In this document: positions 57,491 to 64,000 of the stretch, piece after piece
Layout of the letters: each line of letters begins with the position of its first letter
Position numbering within the stretch: the stretch's first letter is position 1
Assembly (NCBI GenBank): GCA_965237905.1
Contig: OZ250172.1
Span: 1,216,001-1,280,000 of the forward strand
Length of the DNA: 64,000 nt
Source: Nitrospinaceae bacterium
GTDB lineage: Bacteria; Nitrospinota; Nitrospinia; Nitrospinales; Nitrospinaceae
Direction: 5' to 3'
Made by a program: the position numbers and the translations under genes
Notes under the pieces: generated by a model
The model's database searches: none
Told to the model about the DNA's origin: nothing
The model's input: only the letters and a program-made list of their open reading frames with translations

Positions 57491-59767
57491 TTATTCAACA
57501 GCTCTCTCAGAATCCTCTGTAATGGATGGGGTATCCGGCTGGACATTGGCCAACGGCAGTTCAATGGAAAAGCAACTGCCCTCCCCGGGAACGCTTTCAG
57601 CCTGAACGGAACCGTTCATCATGGCCATCAGGGATTGGCAAATGGTCAATCCGATTCCGGTACCCTCAATATTCGAGGATTCATGTCCCAAGCGTTCAAA
57701 CGGTTCAAACAAATGTTTCAATTGGTTCTCGGGAATTCCGAGTCCGGTGTCTTTGACCATCAACTGATAGGTATTGTGGGCGGTTTGCCTTCCCTCCAGA
57801 ACCACGGTGCCATTGGGATGATTGTATTTGATGGCGTTGGAAAGCAGATTTGCCAATACCTGTTTGAGTCGCAAAGGATCCACCCACACCTCAACAAAAT
57901 CATTCTCTGCAATGTTATTGATCATTTCAATCTTCTGCTCCAGCGCCATCGGCAAAAACAGGTTGAATGTCTTATGGACTAACGGCGCCAAAAGAATATT
58001 ATTGCTGTGCAGGGTCATCCGTCCGGATTCGATATGGGACAAATCCAAAATATCGTTGATCAACTCCAGCAAATGTTTTCCAGAATCGATAATGTGATCA
58101 ACGGATTCTTTATCATCCGGACTCAGACTTTGGCCCTTCATTTGCATGAGTTGACTGAAACCCAGAATGGCGTTCAAGGGGGTGCGGAGTTCATGACTCA
58201 TCTGTGACAGAAATTCGGATTTTGCCTTACTGGCCTTTTCGGCGTACTCCTTGGCTTCAACCAAATTATTTTCCACATTACTCCGCTCCAACTCGGCATA
58301 GGCCCGGGAAGCAAAGATCGCTAAAATCATATAGTTGATGGGAGCATCTTGAATCGGCTGGTCATCCATGATCCCCAAATGACCCAAAAAATTACCGGAA
58401 AAATCCAAAATTGGGATACTTTGATAACCTTCGATATTGAATTCTCGTAGCAACCGGTCTTCGGGATAAAACTGTTGCACCCACTTCGGGAAACTGCTCC
58501 ATTCCCCTTGGATCATTTTCTCACAAGGAGTATTGGCGATTTCGTAGGTGATGCTTTCGGAGTAACCTTTACCGATCCAGAATGCCAGGGTTTGAACCAA
58601 CCCTTTTTCGGGGTCCACCAACTTATTCACAAAAGCATATTTTACTTTGAAGGCAAGGGCCAAATGGTTGACTAGAGACTTGAAAAATTCTTCGCCCGTC
58701 GCTGAAGAAGTGCCGTGAACAACAAACTTCAATTGGTTGAATAATTGCCTGTATTGGTTTTCACTTTCACGGAGGGCGGACTCGACCTGTTGCCGTTCGG
58801 TCAGTTCACCTTTTAACTCCCGCGTTCGGCGATTCACCTGATGGGTCAAAGACCGGTTCCAGAACAATACGCCCGCCACCCCCAATAGGCCCAATACCAC
58901 TGCCAGGGAAATCGCAATCTCCTTGAACGTTTTTGCAGGAGGCCGCTCCAGTGCGATCCATTTGGTGTAGATCGCTTTCCGCTCTATAGGAGTGATCTGT
59001 GCCAACGCCTTGTCGAGAATCCGGTTCAACTCAGGCCAATCGTTGCGTGAGGCAAGAGCCCACTGATACGCATACCCGGATTCTCCAGAGATGCGCAGGT
59101 TGGTAATCCCCCCTTGCTCGATGTAGGTGGTCGCCAGGGCAATATTGGCAACCATGGCATCCACCAATCCAACCGACACTTTCTTCAAACCCGTTTGAAT
59201 ATCCGGAACCACATCCAACTGGATATCAGGATATTCGTTCAAGACGTGGTCATGAATCCCGTAACCCGAGATCACCGCAACCTTCATGCCGCGTAGAGTG
59301 TCCAGCGATAACTTTTCGGTCACTTGTTTCCGAACGAGGATAACGGCAGGAAGTTTCAGAAAGGGCTGGGTGAAGTGCATATATTCCAGGCGTTGGGGCG
59401 TGGGTACGGCGGCTCCCCATAAATCCACCTCTCGGTTTTGGGATTTTTTCAATACTTCATCCCAGTTTTCCAGCTGGACTTTCTTGAATGTCACTCCCAA
59501 CTTTTTTTCAATCAATGCAATATAATCCGCGGCGATACCGACGTACCGCCCTTGCTCGTCAAAATATTCTATGGGAAGGAATTGGGGATCGGGCGCCAGG
59601 CGAATTTCGGGATGCTCAGCCAGCCAGTTCTGCTCCTCATCAGTCAGAATCGAAAAATTCTGCCCTGAAGAAATCTGCGGTAGGATTAAAGAATAAAGAA
59701 GGAGGACGCCCACCAGAAATACACAGCGCCTCACTCCCTTAAAATATTTCAGCAATGTCGCACGCAT
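57491..59767 (-). CDS. Sensor histidine kinase with a periplasmic solute-binding domain and a GAF-like domain
   Basis: LTDEEQNWLAEHP SBP domain, TM, TGEEFFKSLV...NTPC GAF, SHELRTPLN, NLLSNAIKYN, EGTGIGL. Confidence 0.88.
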   Translation of the reverse strand: MRATLLKYFKGVRRCVFLVGVLLLYSLILPQISSGQNFSILTDEEQNWLAEHPEIRLAPDPQFLPIEYFDEQGRYVGIAADYIALIEKKLGVTFKKVQLENWDEVLKKSQNREVDLWGAAVPTPQRLEYMHFTQPFLKLPAVILVRKQVTEKLSLDTLRGMKVAVISGYGIHDHVLNEYPDIQLDVVPDIQTGLKKVSVGLVDAMVANIALATTYIEQGGITNLRISGESGYAYQWALASRNDWPELNRILDKALAQITPIERKAIYTKWIALERPPAKTFKEIAISLAVVLGLLGVAGVLFWNRSLTHQVNRRTRELKGELTERQQVESALRESENQYRQLFNQLKFVVHGTSSATGEEFFKSLVNHLALAFKVKYAFVNKLVDPEKGLVQTLAFWIGKGYSESITYEIANTPCEKMIQGEWSSFPKWVQQFYPEDRLLREFNIEGYQSIPILDFSGNFLGHLGIMDDQPIQDAPINYMILAIFASRAYAELERSNVENNLVEAKEYAEKASKAKSEFLSQMSHELRTPLNAILGFSQLMQMKGQSLSPDDKESVDHIIDSGKHLLELINDILDLSHIESGRMTLHSNNILLAPLVHKTFNLFLPMALEQKIEMINNIAENDFVEVWVDPLRLKQVLANLLSNAIKYNHPNGTVVLEGRQTAHNTYQLMVKDTGLGIPENQLKHLFEPFERLGHESSNIEGTGIGLTICQSLMAMMNGSVQAESVPGEGSCFSIELPLANVQPDTPSITEDSERAVE

Positions 59768-59853
59768 TAAATAAGTATCTCATAGTTGTCATAAAAACCA
59801 AGAGGCTCACAGACCAATTAGGGTGATCTTGAAGACCCAAACTTATAGAGGTT

Positions 59854-60468
59854 TTACTCGGGTGAGGCGGCGCCACCGTACATATATGAAAAAATTTTCG
59901 GGCCTTCCATATAAAAACGTTTATAGCCCAAGATTTTAAAACCCGAACTTAGAATCAAACGGTCGATTTCGCGGTTCACGTGGCACCCCCCGGCAAACCA
60001 TTTCTGTATGGGATTCCAAATGTTTTGCAGTCGGGCGACACCGCGGTCTGGACTGAGCCCATGCTCGAGAAAATAAAACTTTCCATTCGGCCTCAAAACG
60101 CGGCGGATTTCTTTTAAAGCGGCTACGGGATCAGGAATGGTGCACAGGGTCCAGGTACTCACCACCGCATCCACCGAATGATCGGGTAGCGCAAATCGAC
60201 TGCCCTTCAACTCGACAAACTCGACAGGAAAGGGCGCGCGCCGAATTCTTTTTTTGGCCAGTCGACGGCCCAGTTGTGAGGGATCCAGCGCATACAGGTG
60301 GGTGACCCGGCTGGTATAATGAGGCAGGTTCAATCCTGATCCGAAACCGACTTCCAGCACTTTACCCCCAACATCTTTCAGATATTGCTGGCGGAGCTTG
60401 CTGAACCGCGGCCAGCATAGGGTCCAGTTGATGCCGCGGGGGAGGATTTGATCTTCGTAAAATCCCAT
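59854..60468 (-). CDS. Class I SAM-dependent methyltransferase
   Basis: VLEVGFGSGLNL, VVSTWTLCTIPD, RRVLRPNG..FLEHG, GGCHVNR. Confidence 0.9.
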   Translation of the reverse strand: MGFYEDQILPRGINWTLCWPRFSKLRQQYLKDVGGKVLEVGFGSGLNLPHYTSRVTHLYALDPSQLGRRLAKKRIRRAPFPVEFVELKGSRFALPDHSVDAVVSTWTLCTIPDPVAALKEIRRVLRPNGKFYFLEHGLSPDRGVARLQNIWNPIQKWFAGGCHVNREIDRLILSSGFKILGYKRFYMEGPKIFSYMYGGAASPE

Positions 60469-60533
60469 AATAGATTACAGTTTGAGAATCTCTCTTTGCT
60501 CGAAGATTTTATATTTGGATTGCACATCTTACC

Positions 60534-61583
60534 TCAATTGAGCTGCGCTTCAAAAAAAGTAACAATTTTTTCACTGGCTGAAAAGTCGCGACTCATGGCG
60601 CCAGCCCGGTTTGAAGAGTTGTAACCACCGGGCCAGGTATGGCCGCCACCCTCCACCTGAATATGCACCAAGGGCGCAGCACATCCTCCAAAGGAAATCT
60701 TATAGGACTGTGTGCCATCATTGGGATCGTTATCCGGCAGGAGCAGAGTGGCGAATGTGTCAGCACAAGCATTGTTGGCCTTCCGGACGGTAAGGTTGTC
60801 ATTCACCCCCAGGAAATTACGGGTTTCGCCAAATACACAAGTTTGCCGGCCACCCTTATAGGGCCAACAGGGATCTGCTGTGCCATGAATATGTAAAGTG
60901 GGAATAGCAACAGCTCCAGAACAACCTTGAACCACCCCAAACTGATTGTTCCCCGACACAGGAGCAATGCCAGCTACTTCATTGGGAAGTTCACAGGCTA
61001 AACGATAACTCATAGACGCACCATTAGATCCACCAGTCAAAAATATTTTATTAGAAGAAACCCGGACTTTATTTTTCAGACTCGAAAACAAATCTCGAAA
61101 GTATTGAGTGTCATCAATTCCTTTCCTACATGCGTAACCGCTGATGCAGGCATAGCCGTTAGCACCCCCGCCCGCGTTCCAGGTCCGAACATTGGGGATT
61201 AGAGGGCGTCCCGTGCCATTAGGGTAAACCACAGCAAAACCTCTGGAAGTGCCATACTTGGAAAGACAAAAGGGACTGGATAAATCGCCGTCCGGACAGG
61301 TCATCTTCTCGGCTCCTTCCTTGTTACTCCCTCCACCATGGAGAACCACAATGGCCGGAAAATCGCGGTCAGTGCCAACCGGCAAATACACATCAAACTT
61401 CCGCTTCGCCCATTTGTCCATTGCACACTCCAAGTGATTCAGCCCCACTTCCGCACAATTCACTTCGGACCGAAAGATATTATCCCCTCCTCTCGAGCCA
61501 CCAGAACTCCCTGCTGTAGACTGGCAGCCCAAAAGTGCAGCCGCACCTATACTTAAAAATGTGTAAGAAAATAGCCTTCTCAT
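60534..61583 (-). CDS. LpqC/PHB-depolymerase-like alpha/beta hydrolase lipoprotein
   Basis: LLGC lipobox, VLHGGG, VVYPNG, WNAG, GGSNG nucleophile, IHGTADP, GGGHTWPG. Confidence 0.85.
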   Translation of the reverse strand: MRRLFSYTFLSIGAAALLGCQSTAGSSGGSRGGDNIFRSEVNCAEVGLNHLECAMDKWAKRKFDVYLPVGTDRDFPAIVVLHGGGSNKEGAEKMTCPDGDLSSPFCLSKYGTSRGFAVVYPNGTGRPLIPNVRTWNAGGGANGYACISGYACRKGIDDTQYFRDLFSSLKNKVRVSSNKIFLTGGSNGASMSYRLACELPNEVAGIAPVSGNNQFGVVQGCSGAVAIPTLHIHGTADPCWPYKGGRQTCVFGETRNFLGVNDNLTVRKANNACADTFATLLLPDNDPNDGTQSYKISFGGCAAPLVHIQVEGGGHTWPGGYNSSNRAGAMSRDFSASEKIVTFFEAQLN

Positions 61584-61758
61584 ACTCTCAGTGTAAGGTG
61601 AATCAGCTGTCGGAAAAAGCGAAAAGCAAGAGGAGGGATTATCGTGGGGGCTTGCTGGAATACGTCGGCAATAGGAACGTTTGAGGCGGAAGCGCCGGGC
61701 TTCCGCCCCAAGTCCTAATGAGATGATGTTAAGAAACCGTTCGAACCGTCGTGTTTGC

Positions 61759-62754
61759 TTAACGGACCCGGCGGACTACTTGCGGGTTTTTGGGGCCTTC
61801 CACGATCAGGTGTCCGATGGCTCCTTTGGCCACGCGAAAAATACTGTGGTCCACCAACAAATAGCTCCCAGGATAATCCACTTTGAATTCCACAATGGTG
61901 GCTCCGGCGGCAGGCACCAGGGTGGTTTGGATGTTTTTTTGGAGGTCGCCACCAATGCCGCCCTCTGCATAGACCCGATCGAAAATTTCCCCGATGATGT
62001 GAAACGACGAAACGCTGTTCGGACCGATATTGCCGAAATAAATTCTAACTTTCTCCCCTATTTTGGCTTTAAGAGCATTTTTGTCCAATAGCGCCCCGGC
62101 CTTGCCGTTAAACACCACGTAAGTGGGGTTTTCATCCAGGCCTCTTTGTATATCGAATTCCGCCGTCCCATTTTCAGGCTCAGTGGTAAAGAATTCGCTC
62201 TGCATCACGTAATATTCCCGGTCCACTTTGGGCAGGCCACCCTTCGGTTCTACCAGAATCAGACCATACATGCCGTTGGAAATATGATCCACAATCGAAC
62301 CGGCGGCGCAATGATACATATAAAGCCCCGGAGCCACGGCCGTGAACGCAAAGGTCTTCTTTTCGCCGGGGGCCACCGTACTCAAAGCCGCTCCCCCATG
62401 GGCGCCGTTGACCGCGTGAATATCGATGTTGTGGGATTGGGAATTACTCTTCGGATTGGACAAATGGATTTCAACCGTGTCGCCGACACGCACCCGCGCC
62501 ATCGGACCCGGAACCGTTCCGTTATAACTCCAGTAGCCGTACTTCACGCCATCGGATATTTCCGATACGTACTCTTTGGCTTGCAGTTTAACAACCACGG
62601 TAGTGGGCGCACTGCGTTTCAAAGGCGGCGGGACATTCGGAGCGGTGGTCAATGGAGCCGTCTCCCTGGCAAAACCGCTGGTGGCACTGAGAAGACCCAA
62701 CCCCATCAGCAAAACCAAAATATTCAAACTTTTTACTTTATGGAAAATACCCAT
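61759..62754 (-). CDS. nirK: Copper-containing nitrite reductase
   Basis: Signal peptide; HNIDIH, YMYHCA..DHISNGMYG, SSFHIIGEIFD and LVDHS Cu ligands. Confidence 0.94.
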   Translation of the reverse strand: MGIFHKVKSLNILVLLMGLGLLSATSGFARETAPLTTAPNVPPPLKRSAPTTVVVKLQAKEYVSEISDGVKYGYWSYNGTVPGPMARVRVGDTVEIHLSNPKSNSQSHNIDIHAVNGAHGGAALSTVAPGEKKTFAFTAVAPGLYMYHCAAGSIVDHISNGMYGLILVEPKGGLPKVDREYYVMQSEFFTTEPENGTAEFDIQRGLDENPTYVVFNGKAGALLDKNALKAKIGEKVRIYFGNIGPNSVSSFHIIGEIFDRVYAEGGIGGDLQKNIQTTLVPAAGATIVEFKVDYPGSYLLVDHSIFRVAKGAIGHLIVEGPKNPQVVRRVR

Positions 62755-62792
62755 CGTTTTTCTCCTTAAAAAAGAAGCCTTCCTAATAAATA

Positions 62793-62940
62793 GATAAGAA
62801 GAGATTCTTATCGAGTCATCAATTTTAAAATCCTGTAAATAACTGATTTTAAATAGAAATTAGCTATATACTGATAAAAAGATATTTTTATCTTTTATTT
62901 AAGACCACTATAGAGTATGATATTATAGATGTCAATATCT
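62793..62940. promoter_or_regulatory. Repeated palindromic operator candidates between nirK and the Rrf2 gene
   Basis: GATAAGAA-GAGA-TTCTTATC (62793-62812); GATAAAAA-GATA-TTTTTATC (62873-62892) overlapping AAAAGATA-TTTT-TATCTTTT (62877-62896); AGATG-TCAA-TATCT (62927-62940). Confidence 0.6.
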
Positions 62941-62970
62941 TTTTATCCTTTATTGGGACTCTAAAAAATT

Positions 62971-63399
62971 ATGATTTCTCAAACATCAGAATATGCGCTT
63001 CGGGCCGTGGTCAGTCTGGCCCAATCCCCGGAGCAACCGCATACCGCCACCGAGATCGCCAAATTGACCAAGGTGCCTGAACATTATCTTTCCAAAGTCT
63101 TGCAGGCGCTGGCCAAAGGCGGAATTGTGCATTCGCAAAGAGGATTGCATGGCGGATATGTGTTGGCCCACGCACCGGACCGGTTGCCCTTGCTGGACGT
63201 GATCAACGCCGTCGATCCCATCCGGCACATTGAAAGCTGTCCGTTAAAACTGGAAACTCACGGCACACACCTGTGCCCATTGCACAAAAAAGTCAACCGG
63301 TCGATCAGTCTCATTGAAGAACTGTTCAGAGGCTCGACGATAGGGACGATCCTGGCGGAACCGACCCAGAGCATACCGCTGGTTGAATCCAGCAGATAA
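62971..63399 (+). CDS. Rrf2-family transcriptional regulator
   Basis: EYALRA, YLSKVLQAL, SQRGLHGGY, LLDVINAVD, CPL...LCPLH. Confidence 0.92.
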   Translation: MISQTSEYALRAVVSLAQSPEQPHTATEIAKLTKVPEHYLSKVLQALAKGGIVHSQRGLHGGYVLAHAPDRLPLLDVINAVDPIRHIESCPLKLETHGTHLCPLHKKVNRSISLIEELFRGSTIGTILAEPTQSIPLVESSR

Positions 63400-63422
63400 T
63401 TTGGGGAAGGCGTACAAAAAAT

Positions 63423-63458
63423 AAAAAAGAGCCGGCCCGGTTGGGCTGACTCAAAAAA
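63423..63458. terminator. Intrinsic terminator between the Rrf2 gene and tRNA-Asp
   Basis: A-tract plus hairpin GAGCCGGCCCGG-TTGGGCTGACTC; the U-tract reads on the minus strand. Confidence 0.6.
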
Positions 63459-63459
63459 G

Positions 63460-63536
<77 letters not shown>

Positions 63537-63623
63537 GCGGTCGTTTTGTTTGAGAGGGCATTTTCCCCCAAGCAGGTTTGTTTTGCAAGAAGACCATTAC
63601 ATATCTATAAAAGCAGAAGGAAG

Positions 63624-63653
63624 AATCCCCCCGACCCCCTTTACAAGGGGGAG
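63624..63653. repeat. REP-like hairpin in the tRNA spacer
   Basis: AATCCCCCCGACCCCCTTTACAAGGGGGAG, with a partial copy CCCCTTTACAGG at about 63762-63773. Confidence 0.4.
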
Positions 63654-63779
63654 AAAAGCGAAATCCAACGACCCCTCCTTCGACAAGCCCTGAACAAGTT
63701 TTACAAGAGGGACATAAAACCGGGTCCAGCGTCACGCTGGCCGGGCGTTGCCCGGCCCCCTCCCCTTTACAGGAAAAAA

Positions 63780-63855
63780 TGGTGGGCTGAACAGGGCTCG
63801 AACCTGTGACCCTCGGCTTGTAAGGCCGATGCTCTCCCAACTGAGCTATCAGCCC
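63780..63855 (-). tRNA. tRNA-Val (TAC)
   Basis: Reverse complement GGGCTGATAGCTCAGTTGGGAGAGCATCGGCCT-TAC-AAGCCGAGGGTCACAGGTTCGAGCCCTGTTCAGCCCACCA. Confidence 0.96.
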
Positions 63856-64000
63856 AAATTTTTCCTCTCGGGTCGGGAAACCCTTAAAAAGAAGGTTGAA
63901 GTATAGTAACCGCTCCCCATCCCTGTCAAGGAGTTTAATTGTTAAACCCCTAGTTAGCGAAACTCACGTAAATAGAGGGCTTTACCACCTGCAAAAAGAT

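Overview
Gene-dense, mostly core chromosomal segment of a Gram-negative bacterium, roughly 50-55% GC by eye. The gene content (copper nitrite reductase nirK beside an Rrf2 regulator, FGE-like and DUF1566 proteins, a long ThyX-like protein, a sigma-54-driven flagellar operon) suggests a Nitrospinaceae-like nitrite oxidiser; this is an inference and was not verified. The window holds housekeeping genes (aroA, bioB, trxA, ThyX-like, tesA/ybbAP, phoBR-like), an LPS/surface-glycan cluster, a PncA-PncB fusion, the flagellar block TPR-fleS-fleR-flgC-fliFGHIJ-motE (no flgB or fliE in their usual places), nirK with a divergent Rrf2 gene and repeated palindromic operator candidates, and tRNA-Val plus tRNA-Asp. 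Best candidates for poorly described systems: (1) a tight operon of an orphan GspS-like ATP-grasp ligase, a glutaredoxin and a KamA-type aminomutase; (2) an AT-rich divergent DUF5131 radical SAM plus TcmP module; (3) a low-GC tandem pair of coiled-coil/Zn-ribbon paralogs; (4) a radical SAM plus CDP-alcohol phosphotransferase pair. One gene carries a clear 1-nt frameshift. No integrase, transposase, CRISPR array or rRNA was seen.
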